DNA of 64,000 bases from NCBI GenBank assembly GCA_001643675.2, contig LSRY02000064.1, positions 355,424-419,423 on the forward strand, written 5' to 3'. Shown piece after piece: positions 25,601 to 36,515 of this stretch. The position numbers and the translations under genes are program-made. Under the pieces are notes generated by a model. The model was not told the origin of the DNA and made no database searches. It saw only the letters and a program-made list of their open reading frames with translations. How positions within the stretch are numbered: the stretch's first letter is position 1; the number at the start of each line of letters is the position of its first letter. The stretch comes from Monocercomonoides exilis PA203 (lineage: Eukaryota > Protista > Preaxostyla).

Positions 25601-27487
25601 AAGAGACAAACCAGATGTTTTAAATTCTATTTGAACTGTTGAACTCAAATCACTCCGGCCATATATTGTGAAAGAGTTTGTTCCACAATCCACACTTTTG
25701 GTTTCTGTAATCGTTCCCGAAAACACCTCAATATTTGTTACAAAATCTGGAATGAGTTGCGTGAGGCAACGGCTGATGGTGCAACATGAATGGATTTTAT
25801 CCAACCCACATGCAAATGTGTCACGACCTTTTTGCTGTAAATCAATCGAAGAAACAAATCTGGTATTTCCAAAATCGTTGTGAAGCCATTCGCTTCTATC
25901 TGCAATTTTTGTGAAATCAGAACTGACTCTGTTTTCTGTTTGTCTTGTTGAATAACAGCTTGAATCAATATTGTTTTTTGTTGAAGAATGAAGAGCAATA
26001 TCGTGTCCTCCTTTTGCACACAAATTATTGTGGAAAAAACAGTAATAAAATAAAATTCCGTCATTATTTGAATAAATATTTTGGCACACAGCGCCACCTC
26101 CGCACATTGAATGGCAATTGCAGAAATGGCAGTTTGAAATGATAACTTTATCCACAGGACCCCAATGCAAAATTGCTCCCCCTGCTCCATCGGATGAACT
26201 ATTACATTGACAGTCATCAAAAAAAGAATTAATGATACAATTTTTCTGTCTTTGAGTTTTTGTTCGATAAACGTATATTGCCCCTCCATCGTCGCCCGAA
26301 GAACAGAAATTAAATGTGCAATCATCAACCATTGATTGAGTGTTGATGTTCTCTGTCTTTATTCCTCCACCACCACTATTTGTTTTAGAAGCTGTAGTGC
26401 ATTGAATAAATATGGTATGGATCACAATGCATTCTGCGATATTTAATGCAAATATTCCACCTCCATTTGATGAGGATGCGTTGCATCGTGCGAATGACGA
26501 ATTTTCAACAGTAAGAATGGCATTTTCATTGTCATGTACAAAAAGTGCACCCCCTTGTTCGGCTGTGCAATCAGTCCATTCGCACAATGAAAATGTTTGG
26601 CTTTCTGTTGTGTTCATTTGCTCTTTTTTCTGAAGGGCATTTGTTTCTCTTTTTCCGTTGCTTATTGTCGTGTTTACACAGACAAATTTCTCTGAAGAAA
26701 GCGATCCACTCGAGATTCCTCCTTCAAAGACATTCACACAAGAATAAATGAGGCAGTTCTTTATAGAACTCAGAAAACATGAATGGGATATCTGATAATC
26801 ACTGTTCTTGTCATATTTCACAGACATGTTCCTGAAGGCACAGTTGGAAATCTCTTCACTTTTGCTCTTTCCAGACAATAGGAAATAGTCTGATGATGAA
26901 ACAGTCAGATCTGCAACGGTGGAATTTCTCAAAACAATAGAATTTGAATCATCAGATGAAAATATGAGACTGGAAGGATTCAGATTCTTTTGGGAGATCA
27001 AAGTCATGTTTGTGAAACAGATTGACCCACTTTGCAAAAGAATCGGAGATTCCGATTTTTGGTGGGAAATGCAGGAATCCATCGTTAGAGTTGATTTGTC
27101 TGTTATGAGCACACATGTTAAAGAAGAATATTCGACTGCTATATTTTTCAGTCCAATTGAAGAATTAGTGAATCGTAAAAATGTGAAAATCACTGAAGAA
27201 ATTCCAAACTTCCGTCTTTCCACGCCAGAGTAAGTGTTTTGATCGTTATCGAGTTGCTTATCCGTCCTTTTATGATATTGTGCATTTACTGATTTGATTC
27301 CTTGTGAGTTAAATTGGGTATTATTTAAGTTTATCAAAGCACTAATATCTTTGTTCTCCACAAGAAAATTTAGTGGAATATTTTGTGTTTTCGTTGGAAT
27401 GACAAGGAGGAAGCTTTCAAAAAGAAGGAAGACAAGATTCATTATCAGGAATAAAATGAATGTTCTGAAGAAAAATATTATATTCAT
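19682..27487 (-). CDS. Giant single-pass receptor-like protein, paralogue B (4 Cys-motif modules, TM, pseudokinase)
   Basis: ~2600-aa uninterrupted ORF (first ATG 27487). Hydrophobic N-terminus, GGAL/GGAI repeats, modules CGLDKIHSC, CGIVEFPC, CGLSDYPC and CGELHGPC. Segment 24863-20985 is near-identical to A 4457-8335. Confidence 0.9.
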   Translation of the reverse strand: MNIIFFFRTFILFLIMNLVFLLFESFLLVIPTKTQNIPLNFLVENKDISALINLNNTQFNSQGIKSVNAQYHKRTDKQLDNDQNTYSGVERRKFGISSVIFTFLRFTNSSIGLKNIAVEYSSLTCVLITDKSTLTMDSCISHQKSESPILLQSGSICFTNMTLISQKNLNPSSLIFSSDDSNSIVLRNSTVADLTVSSSDYFLLSGKSKSEEISNCAFRNMSVKYDKNSDYQISHSCFLSSIKNCLIYSCVNVFEGGISSGSLSSEKFVCVNTTISNGKRETNALQKKEQMNTTESQTFSLCEWTDCTAEQGGALFVHDNENAILTVENSSFARCNASSSNGGGIFALNIAECIVIHTIFIQCTTASKTNSGGGGIKTENINTQSMVDDCTFNFCSSGDDGGAIYVYRTKTQRQKNCIINSFFDDCQCNSSSDGAGGAILHWGPVDKVIISNCHFCNCHSMCGGGAVCQNIYSNNDGILFYYCFFHNNLCAKGGHDIALHSSTKNNIDSSCYSTRQTENRVSSDFTKIADRSEWLHNDFGNTRFVSSIDLQQKGRDTFACGLDKIHSCCTISRCLTQLIPDFVTNIEVFSGTITETKSVDCGTNSFTIYGRSDLSSTVQIEFKTSGLSLFSVSTGTLITRDFVLVYDPVHSNNRGSRLFEISGAGGMSINKLNISIGSGQSTEIAFTRELINVQNGMFQMEHVNLAKTISTNSLFSLSLTNEVSLTLSECTFDGIERTTSGAAVMLFSNDKANIDMNSCFFEGCGSGTSTDGGSMMLCVGNENEVRVKGGTFDGCFCSASNGLGGGILLRLLNENSEFLISSSFGTNTAKWGNDIFVLSPNLEETAKSENIRCVTDSLDSLEKVRGYDNGNTSVAIPLCIYLLPTPEEIYVSNVEASNHSHCGIVEFPCLTMKHSLTRQTGEKKIVVNGMILMSDELAFAGQKHEIRGNDDQSGWTVSDTTTETNTAMVTVGVETVLSALIFSLPSSLPLHQTFVSSSSQLTLSHCSISLQDPSSELACLFLSVDSGSLVIDFFSASSIILSTIPLISLSGSGTNAELMITTWSNMANCTFTEIERAAGSGGCVSICNSHDDNANTQINIEECVFDGCSVLDDGSRGGAINAQLKGNIQMNIVSCTFTGCSAPAGEEGKSGFGGGMALKLIDGDSSFVVSSPVFDTDKPNAARYGNNLFVESSNLTKSITNTSLPFVSEHLADISLDSLSGFDGDDGTNAIPLIYFWRTFGSEIVVGGDGKDVCICGLSDYPCLSIDHSLTRLPEGNERNIKINGKGILQKSVDISGVTIKSEDNDVCSLECHSSIEGTEGAAMKICGITNFELIKFVIPSSFTSGVNYLMHVESSEGLLTVKDCSFTKNEENNEGEIMNYGLIKADGGTVVLELVSIQSLGFSHDVVSVLSTTILNIYNLTMKSIELEGASGLKISKSSRREKNEEEQDVVIEWSSFEEVTQNTTDDIPIIRNANDDEPLKMAIRNTTMKRCGGLKCGKGGGMFCMLNEGGSFDCSFSTISECFCSTTGRGGWLFLECCSVAEHPLSFVLSNLTFKDNTALRGRDVYVRCHSIETQIVDEQFLLDFRAPFVKELAMWGCSTDSFEGEEDLLLRVVKYQSETIFVSACAENHSDFNSCGELHGPCESLNVGVKHIIPSSYSQLLISKETAMRGKCSIHDVVVHPLESPPAALVHLSFAIVNDAGYVITTSGKVRIESVKLDFGQSFSFSGSSVVHETSGQLSLSFVDFSSVGESNSIQPVVLNSSLLSIESGIVHVDNCSVSLLSFKKPSFLLSGDEISLTNVKLDEIESTADVFEIGSCGIMSINGVSADGVKLSDGCILAIGSSSSGTISVGSSSFDNCSRNSEGASVLSASSTSAHFEFSNCSCTKCYSLSDKGRVMEVINMKDAYLNMCEFEGLLTSKALLEHENDMKEICEWNGSVVHSTNSTMVMKYTTISNASSGGFSVSAGDVTIEKGEFLNNNPFIEKYPSLRRNIICSDSASLTISSLKGGDGLKDNSSLWILNDGCTLGGIAGERPSPFFIPRLEEVSVNESGSKIFIQFKGSLFVPCDLSFRLVYKTGDVELVETYRFEEDSFVSENEVIGRVPSENISLASDETEVSVTILFGKQSAETFPLILKNRSEHKGNGDERIAEGRKEGKSIWPIIVIIACIVCIILLVVIIVLAVRWRRAKIENKDLREIVNDSVKKDPKAFEMVTMEMSPEEQWRRAEREAEKKNEERIKKRVYEKSLGHSESSEHLLSESGSTEYILGRDSDKIPEWMLEKVEEEEIRKQTPSPSISSTSTTSTTDSDSTFVRGEDLCPTTSSMSNLVDAIACSSPHEKLIVDLRDSLFMLLHGRNKTKEMAIGTLQEREMTAAQILFWVANLALHSFDKMENKLQSLANLSPLIVLFSEHMVICVAMHSDCSSSDSDSSSISSSTVVTSTSDDGDERDSLPSSAFEDEEDNRNECLRWKAPELLNRTKKHATKKTVVFAIGMMLWECLTLKVPFGEYEAEVAGQKIVNGERPKVEKMGGSSLRMLEEKCVVQGWDERVTLGDVKRELFMKIPMGSMFVTASDALDIGDGSRCEEADSEDTNGSFTRIK

Positions 27488-28210
27488 GATCAATAATTTC
27501 AAATTTTTTTATTAAATGCCATAATAATAATTTATTACTGAAAAAAATCAAGGTTCCAAAGAATTGAAGGATCAATATTTTTGTATTTGATGATATGGGG
27601 AAAAATATTTCTCTTCAGGCATATTCATTGAAAAATGATGCACTTTTCATTGATTTTCTAAGTTCAAAAAACACAATAAAAATGGGTCCATTTTTTGATA
27701 TACGCAGAATGACATTAAACTTCATGTTATGATTTCACTGATGCCTGTTCACGGATATGAAAATCAAATTTATTTTGAAATCTGAGAAAGCGAAATAAAG
27801 TTATGAGTGAAGCAATTATTTTGTGCTTTGTGTATAAATGCTTGATAGATCGTATTTTTCCCCATATAGCATAAAAAAACCTTCTTCTCTGTTGATTAAT
27901 ACAAAATATCAAATATCTTTGAAACAAAATATGAAATTTCTTTGCATTATTTCATTTCTCAAAAATTCAAATATCTTGTTATCAAAATTGTTATCTTCAA
28001 ATATTTATTTTTCTCAAAGAACATCTCGTTAAAAATAATTAATATTCTTTTCTAAAAAAATGACGTTGTTAGTGCTCTCTAGTCTATCCTCGAAAAAAAG
28101 TGATTTTGCTGATTCAATTTGAATGTTTTCCTTTTCAAATATTCCATTAAGCTTTTTTTTTAAGAATATATTTCATTTCCTCTTCTCTCTCTTGACTCTT
28201 TGATAGGGAC

Positions 28211-29244
28211 AACTTTTTTAATGGGACTTTTTTCTTTATTGGCACTTTTTTTGTTTTTGCATGCCAATCATTCAAAAAAGCTCGATGAACCTCAACACTT
28301 GGATGAGGGTGTTTATAAAACAAATACATTAAATTACCTGTTTGTTTTTTAAATTATATTTATTTTTCGTAGAGATATAGCAATTTTTTATTTATTTTGT
28401 AGTGGCTTTTTTCAGCCGAAGAAGCGTTTCACAAATTTTTGAAATACATTTTTTAAAACTACTAGCATTATCATTTTTATGTTTAATATCTTAAGTTAAG
28501 CAACTTGTTTTTTCTTCATTTTTTCACATTTCATTTTTTAATCAACATGCGAACACAAATTTGAAAATTTCTTTGCTATTAAAATGAAGTGTTAAAAATT
28601 AAAATATGGGTAATTATTTTTGAAAAGTCGCAAATGTTTAATTTACTAATAAATCAAAAATTTCATATCTTGATCAAATTTCGGTTCCCGCTCATGCAAC
28701 TTCACCAAAGCGGAGGATGTAATTTGACAATGCTATTTGATACATTCCTGTGAAGTTGCATGAGCGGGAACCGAAATTTGATCAAGATATGAAATTTTTG
28801 ATTTATTAGTAAATTAAACATTTGCGACTTTTCAAAAATAATTACCCATATTTTAATTTTTAACACTTCATTTTAATAGCAAAGAAATTTTCAAATTTGT
28901 GTTCGCATGTTGATTAAAAAATGAAATGTGAAAAAATGAAGAAAAAACAAGTTGCTTAACTTAAGATATTAAACATAAAAATGATAATGCTAGTAGTTTT
29001 AAAAAATGTATTTCAAAAATTTGTGAAACGCTTCTTCGGCTGAAAAAAGCCACTACAAAATAAATAAAAAATTGCTATATCTCTACGAAAAATAAATATA
29101 ATTTAAAAAACAAACAGGTAATTTAATGTATTTGTTTTATAAACACCCTCATCCAAGTGTTGAGGTTCATCGAGCTTTTTTGAATGATTGGCATGCAAAA
29201 ACAAAAAAAGTGCCAATAAAGAAAAAAGTCCCATTAAAAAAGTT
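28211..29244. repeat. Long inverted repeat / palindrome: arms 28211-28705 and 28750-29244 (495 bp each), 44-nt centre
   Basis: The right arm is the reverse complement of the left by inspection (AACTTTTTTAATGGGAC...CATGCAACTTCAC / GTGAAGTTGCATG...GTCCCATTAAAAAAGTT). The same peptide MYLFYKHPHPSVEV appears on both strands. Confidence 0.95.
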
Positions 29245-30060
29245 AACCCTGAACTTATTCGTTGAAAGTTGGGGAATACAATACTCATGGTACGTAGTTC
29301 ACACAATATTGTTCCATCAGAATCAAATTTCAGCTTTGCAATGAAGTTGTTTTGCAAAAATGTTTGGCATCTCAAAAATAATTACAAGTATATATCTTTC
29401 ATCTTTTGCATGCAGATGACAGATTCCCAAAAATGTTTAAAATTTTCTTCTTTTTGTTTCAATGTTTCTTTTTTGTTCATCCTTTGATTATTTGGAAACG
29501 GACTTGCTTTTCAGATTTTTCTCTTTGAAGAACAATAATATCTCAATAATTTCTTCCTCATTCTTTTGTCCAGTCCAATTTCTCATTCTCATTCACTTTT
29601 CTTTTCTTTTCTTTTCTTTTCTTTTCTTCTCTTCTCTTCCTCCCATCAACATCTTCATCATCTCCTCCACTTCATATTGAAATTGATAGTTTTCTGTCCT
29701 TATTCCATCAGCTTTCACTGCCAATCTTCAGTTCTCTTCCCAAAACTTCTTCTTCTCTTCCTCCAATTTTTTGTTTCTCCTCTCTGAATCTCTCAGCATC
29801 TTCTTCATCTTCATCCATTTCATGTCTTTCTCTTCATAATGCTCAGAAGGCTTCGGCATCCTTTACACAAAATACGAGAAAAATCACTTTTATGAAGAAA
29901 CAACACATTTTCTTCAATTTTTTCCATTCTTTTCCTCATTTCCTTCATCATTTCTTCTTTTTCTCGTTTTTCTTCTTCCAATTTGAGTTTCACTATCTTT
30001 TTAGCTTCTTCAATCGACATCTGTTCTTTTCATTTGTTTCTTTTTTCAGAAGAAGAAGAA
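29245..30060 (-). pseudogene. Probable decayed coding fragment (E/K-rich), ending at the palindrome arm
   Basis: Protein-like stretches (MSIEEAKKIVKLKLEEEK..., CQTFLQNNFIAKLKFDSDG...) broken by stops and frameshifts. Confidence 0.35.
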
Positions 30061-30487
30061 GAAAAAGAAATAACAATTTTTCTTTCTTTTTCTCTCTCAC
30101 AAGTTAAATCGAATAATTTGAAACTGAAAGAGGAAATTAAAATCAGCGTTTTGAAGATAAGGCATGGATAATGAAGAAGATAGTTGAGTGCATTTGAAAA
30201 GAATGAAAGTTCCACTTTCTATCAATGAAGGTTGGAGAAATTCGTTTCAGAAGGTTATTTCTGAAGAAAAAATTATGATTATGCAGATTTATTGCTTTTC
30301 TTTTTGACATGCATTGCATTATTTTCCAGAAGTTTTGAAAAATAGTCTTTTTAACAAAACAATTAAACGGTTTGCTTTCAATTTTGTGAAATGATAACTT
30401 CAAAAAAATATTTAAATAAAAATAAAATAAAATAAAAATTGATAAATAAATATTTTTGAATTTCAATGCACTATTCGTTTCATTTCC

Positions 30488-31997
30488 TTAAGCATTCACG
30501 AAATAATCAGAAACATTCAATGATAATACATAAATAACATATGATCTGTTCAAAAAATCAAACATTTCATGAAAGCCAGCAATGATATCTTCATATCCTT
30601 CTTCCTCCATCTTTTCAAATATCTTTCTTTTCAATTCTATTCGTTTTGTTTCGTCCGTTTCTCCATCATCCTTCTTTTCTTTCAATCTTTCTGAAATATC
30701 CAAAAAGAAATTCAAACAATGAGATATATTTTCATCATCCAAAGTTGATTGATTCATTTCCTCCAAAAATACATCCATAACACCTTCCTTCTGCAAAACA
30801 TCAATTTCCATATTTTTCTTGTCTGATGCATTTCTCAAAGAAATAATGCATACATGGCTTATATCTGGGTGATCATCTCTTGATGCTTGAAATACTTGAC
30901 AAATGCTTCTGATAAGCCCAGAGCATTCTTCGTTCCACAATGTGCACGAGGATATGAGTTTTTTTATTTCAAGGAGCCATCTCTCGATAACAAGCATTTC
31001 CTTCACTTCCTTTTCTCCTTTTCCCTCTTCTTTTCTCTTCCAATTCACGCTCTTAAACATATCTTCGATCTCTCTTCTTGCCTCCCTTGTAAAATGCAGT
31101 TCGTTCACAATCACTTCTTCCAAGCTTATGTTGTTGAAAAATCTGTTGATCAAAAACTTCCAAGAAGATTGATAGGCAAGTTGGGTGAGGTTGTGATGTT
31201 CCTGGTGATATTTGATGATTTCTGATATCTCATTCAAATACAATTTTTGTTCAATTTTCTAATTTGAAAAAATCAGGAAAAAATGCAAAAGTATCAAAAT
31301 GGAAATTGAAATGCTCATACAGTTCCATCATCAATGCAATTAAAACATAGCATTGCTATTTCCACTTCTTTTTGAGTTTCCTCATTTCCCTCTTTCTTCG
31401 AGGCAACTTTCAGAAGGCAATGCACAACGATTGAAAGCAATTCATCAGGAATGCTTTTATCGCAAAGCAAAAGATAACATTCACAAAAATCTGCCAGTAG
31501 CTTTTCGTTCTTTTCTTCATTTTTCTTATCTTCATCAACAAGCATTTTCTCAAATCGATCACTCAAAAAAGATACACTGAATGCATAATCAAAAAAGCTT
31601 TTCAATTCATTGCAAGAACCAGCATTCTTCAACAACAAGATTACATTTACCATCAAAAGCTTCTCTTCTTCAATCATTTTATCAATTTTATAAAATTGTT
31701 CTTTTGTGAAAACAGATCTAAATTCTTTTTCATTCATTTCATCAACTAATCCATTCATCTCTTCGATTTTCTGCATTTTCTCATCTTCTCTGCAACCTTC
31801 TAGTTCACAAAACATTTCTTCAAATCAACTTCAAAAACAAATAATTTGCTCAAAACTGTTTAATCCAAATAAAATGGCAAACTTGTAAACTGTTCTGTTC
31901 TGGCCTCAATCAAAATTTCATCTTCAGTACAATCATCTTCAGAACAATCATCTTCTGAATTGTTATCTTCAGAAATATCATCTTCTGACAAATCCAT
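30488..31997 (-). CDS. Lineage-specific helical E/K-rich hypothetical protein (exons 31997-31883, 31817-31321, 31258-30488)
   Basis: GT-AG introns 31818-31882 and 31259-31320 join ATG 31997 and the 166-aa and 251-aa ORFs in frame. The N-terminus carries five 15-nt tandem units (S/T-E-D-D/N-x). Confidence 0.75.
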
Positions 31998-32739
31998 TCT
32001 GTTTGTTGCAAAAAAATATTCTAAAATAGGATCAAAGCCTTGTAAATAACAAAATAAAACACAAAAACAAACATCGTTGATTATCTAGCAGTACTAAAAT
32101 GATCGCAATAAAAACTGTTTTGTTTTTGTTATATAAAAAGAAGCGCAAAAGAAATTGCGAAGAAACTTCAAGAATTGTCCGTATGAAGTTAGAAATGGAA
32201 ATCTTTTGTTTCTTTTTGATCAAACCAATAAAAATTCTTTAAGAAGAAAAAGATTTCGATCATCTTTCACATTTTGTTAAATGAGTTTGTTTTCTATTTG
32301 TATGAAATTGGATCTTTCAATCACGCATATATGGTTATTGTCAGAAAAAAGAAAAAGAAATAAAACGATCAAATTTCATAAAACAACTGTCTTTTTCGAC
32401 TATTGACAAACAAAAATCAAATTAAAATTTTTGATAACAAATACCTGCCTGCTCAATAAATTATATATGATTAATAATTATTGTTTTTCAATTTTCTGTT
32501 TTTTTTCGAGACGATACATCAGATTTAATTATGCAAAAAGAAATTTTTTTTTTCCACTTGGTTTTTCATGACTTAAAAAAAAGAAATTTATTCCAATGGA
32601 GTATTTAATTGAGGAATATTATAATATTTTGAAAAAAATTTGATCATATCTCGAAGAACGAATATCATGTTATTTTAAAAATTCTTCAAATAAAAATGAT
32701 CAATATAACCATACATAGATTATTTTTTCATTTTTTTTC

Positions 32740-34527
32740 ATGGGACCAAAGAACAGCAAAGCGCAAACTTCAGAAGTGGAACAACATTTAACATGTTTGA
32801 ATTGTTATTTATTTTTTAATTGAAAAAATTCTTTTTTTTTTACAGCTTACAATCATCAACAAGAAAACACTTCTGTTCACGGAACAAATTCAGAAATTAT
32901 TCATGTCGAACAAGAAATTACACCAAAAGATCCCAAAGAATCACGCCAACAAGTTGTACGTGTTAATTTTGTTTGGAAACATGGAGCCGTAGACAGTGTC
33001 TTTGTGTCGGGTTCATTTAATTCGTGGACACACAAACTTCCATTGACCCATCAACCAATTCCAGATGTTGACGCAGTCGGTCCTTCAAAAGAAGATTTGC
33101 AAAACGGAGCATACACTTCAGAACAGTTAGGACTTCTTAAAGCTGATTATGAAAAATGGAATGGAGAACGTTATTCAATTTGGAAAAAACGTTGGACTGT
33201 GACAATTCCTTTAACCCAAGGGCAGTATTATTTCAAATACATAGTTGACGGGCAATGGCGTCATGATCCTCTTTATCATAATGGTGTCGATCCAAATGGC
33301 CAAGTGATAAACATATTATCAGTTGATCCAAATCTAACTGTTTTGAAAGATCGAGACGCAGAAAGTGGAAAAGAGTCTGAGCAGCCTAATAACAAGGATT
33401 TTAAGGAAATAGAAGCAGAAGAAGCAGAAATCAGCAAACCAAAGGAAAGCAAAGGAAGTGATGACAAAATTTTGGATAGTGAAAAGGAAACTGAGAAGCA
33501 AACTGAATCTGCAAAAGAAAAAGAAAATACAAAAAACACATACCCAGAGAATGAAAATGTTCGAGATGAAGAACCAGGCAGAATGACTCGCGCACATCGC
33601 CAGCACAGGGTGGAGTTTTCTCCTGCACATGCAAAAGAAGAGGAAAAAGTTGAATCAGAATCAGAATCAGAAGAAGCAGACACACTTGAACAAGGAGAGC
33701 CGCAAGAAAAACGCGAAATGCACGAAACCCCCGAAACCCCCGAAACCCATGAAACCCATGAAACCCACGAGCATCACACACACCGCCACATCGATGACGA
33801 TCGGGATAGAGAAAGAGACAGAGACAGAGATAGAGACAAGGGAGTTGATAGAGAGCGAGAGCGTGCAATGAGCAAAGAAAGAGAAAACCAGCGATGGAGC
33901 GATCGGCAGCCCGATGCAATTTTGTATGATTTTGCCAGTCCGCTTCCGCTTCCCTCGCTGTTTCACAGGATAATCCTTTCGAGAGAGCGAAAAGAAGGCG
34001 AAGAAGCCATTTTGCTTCCCATTCCCGATCATGTGACGATCAACCATTTGTATGTTGGGCAGATGAAGCGAAAGAGAGAAAGAGACAGAGAAAAGCAGCA
34101 GTGTGAAAAGAACACTTCATCCACTTCAGTTTCAATATCGTCATCTTCCCCACCGCTTCCCTCTCCTTCACAATCACCCATCTTCTCAAGCACATCACTT
34201 TCTTCTTCTATTTCGTCATCAACTTCTTCACCGACCTCACCAACCTCATCAAACTCATCCACTTCCATCTCTTTCCCGACATCTTCTGCTTCTTCGTCGA
34301 TTGTAACAAATAATCTTTCACTTCTTGCGATGACACTTCGCTTCAACAAAAAATATACAACTGTTATATATCTTCATGAGAATTCGCTAAGCAGCGAAGA
34401 GGAAGAGGAAGAAGTGGGAAGGCAGACGCAAATGCTTTTAGATGAACTCCTCCGCAAAAAGGCAGAGTTTATGACATGGCGTGTGAATGCAGAGTGGAGG
34501 AAGAGAAGAGAAAGAACCCGAACTTAA
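32740..34527 (+). CDS. AMPK/SNF1 beta subunit (exons 32740-32794 and 32846-34527)
   Basis: MG start (myristoylation-type). Intron GTTTGA..TACAG keeps frame. CBM48 (FVWKHG..VFVSGSFNSW..YYFKYIVDGQWRHDP) and ASC domain (LPIPDHVTINHLY..TLRFNKKYTTVIY). Confidence 0.9.
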
Positions 34528-35476
34528 GATTTCAAAGAATATTGCCATATTTAATTTAATTGTATTTTATTTATTTTAATTTCCACCTGCAATTTACAAT
34601 GGAAATTTGCAATATCAACTGTGGGAAAATACAGCAGGGATGAAGAGAGAAATATGGAAACTGCATTTTTTTAACATTTTACCTGAATGAGAGTAAACCT
34701 GATTTCTTTTATGGCTAACTGCCATGTATGTTATCAAGGTGTTGTGGAATTTATACAATTTTTATTTTTTGTTATAACCTGGTAGTTTTTTTGCATGCTT
34801 TTTAAATATTGCCATCACCTCCCCTTTCCTCCACCACTTCATTTCTCCTCAAACGTTGTTTCTGTTGTGATATTTATTTTTGTTGGCGATTTTTTATTTT
34901 TTTATGTTCTGTATTGTTTCTTTTGTAGAAGATATCTGATTCTTCAGATAATAGTTTGTTTTACATTTCATTTGGGATGACTTTTGAATTTGCATTTTCA
35001 TTTCATTTGAAGCGAAAGTTTTTAAGTTTAATTAAAAAAAAAAAGGAGAGAGATTTGAATAAAACGTGCTTGTTCATGATGAATTGAACGCACCTTTATT
35101 AATTCATTGACAGAATGAAGCATATTTAAAGATATGATTCAATAAATACAAACAGAAGTCAAATACACACAAATCGCAATCAAACAGATAAAATTCACGA
35201 GTATATTTCCATTTTAACTCTTCTCGAAATGCCTCATCATCGTCATTGCAATATGAATTCAAATCAGTCAGATATCTAATTTTTCAAACGGAAAATATAA
35301 AATTTTGAACACTCAAATAACAAGCTTTCAAGAAGTTATGTCATTTCAACAAAATTTTATTTTGCGAGCGTTTCTTTAATTCGTTATGCACTTGTCTTCC
35401 TACAAATGTTGAATGGACAAACATCTTCCTTTAAAACACGATATTGCTTCTAACAGGCAGAACAACTTAAATAAGT

Positions 35477-36328
35477 TCACTCTCTTAATTCATCAATGAC
35501 GCTTGATTTCCATATCCCCAAATTTTCTTTTATTACATCAAGCAGGCTTTTTGATTCTTCATTGTCCTTTGCATTCTGACTTTCATCAGTTTTTTCTGTA
35601 GAAAGCTCAATTTCTGCTTCTCGAAGTGCTTCTTCTACCAATGAAATTGCATTTTCCCTTTCTCCAAGGACATAGAAATAAAACACCGAAAAATTTAAAA
35701 CAAGCCCCAAGAAGGTGCTATCTATGGGTGACAATTCTTTTTTACCAGCTTCCAATGCAGATGAATATGCATTCAACGACTTCTGAACAGCCTCCTCATG
35801 TATCTTTTCTTCAGTAACTTCGCTAATGTATCTACAATAATCTCCAATACTGTTGCAAAAACTTTCCATTATCACTTAAAATAAACAAAAAATTTCATAC
35901 GTTGTTAAGCATGAAACGCGTGCTTCGCCTGGCTGAGCAGATGGAAGTAAATATTTATATACTAGAATAACAGCATCGTTACACAAATCCGTTATTTTTT
36001 CAGCATTTTTCACCCTTTGTTCTTGAGCTATCCGCGCAAAGTTTTCGTTAAACTGTTCTCGTTCATACTGCTCTGTGTTAAGGCATATATGCCAAGCTTC
36101 TTGATATTTGTTAATTAAATATTTATAAGCTGTGAACAGAAGAGTGCGTTCAACATGACCAATGTCAGAGCAATTTGAAACAATTTCTTTCATAACTCGA
36201 AGCATTTCTGTTTCAAAACAAATAATCAAATATATCTCCAAATAATATGAAATACCTTCATAATTTTCTGAGCTCTGGAATAATTTTGCAATATACACTC
36301 GTTCTTCTTTTTCTTGAAAAGATATCAT
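35477..36328 (-). CDS. Divergent 14-3-3 protein (introns 36208-36255 and 35850-35900)
   Basis: VYIAKL..ENYEEM, ERTLLFTAYK, GDYCRY, AY..A...L.P....LGLVLNFSVFY, IKENLGIW. Both GT-AG introns restore the frame. Confidence 0.9.
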
Positions 36329-36515
36329 CCTTTCCAAGAAATAAACAACCAATTACTTTTGGGAAAGATCAATAAAAATTAAATAAACTGGATATATAAA
36401 AGGCTTTTAACATTGGAATCTCATGAAAAATTGTGAAGTGCAATAACTCAAATAATGAAATGAACGAATGAGAAATATAGAGAAATAAACAAAGAAATGA
36501 AAGGAATTTCCATAT

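Noticed and set aside
29244-29250. TAACCCT telomere-like heptamer at the palindrome's outer junction
   Set aside because: A single unit, expected by chance; no tandem array.
28147-29375. Twin small ORFs MYLFYKHPHPSVEV on opposite strands
   Set aside because: A by-product of the palindrome, with no independent coding evidence.
31916-31992. Five 15-nt tandem units, and other short repeats (33720-33770, 38740-38810, 40845-40868), as CRISPR-like arrays
   Set aside because: No unique spacers; these are ordinary coding minisatellites or intronic microsatellites.
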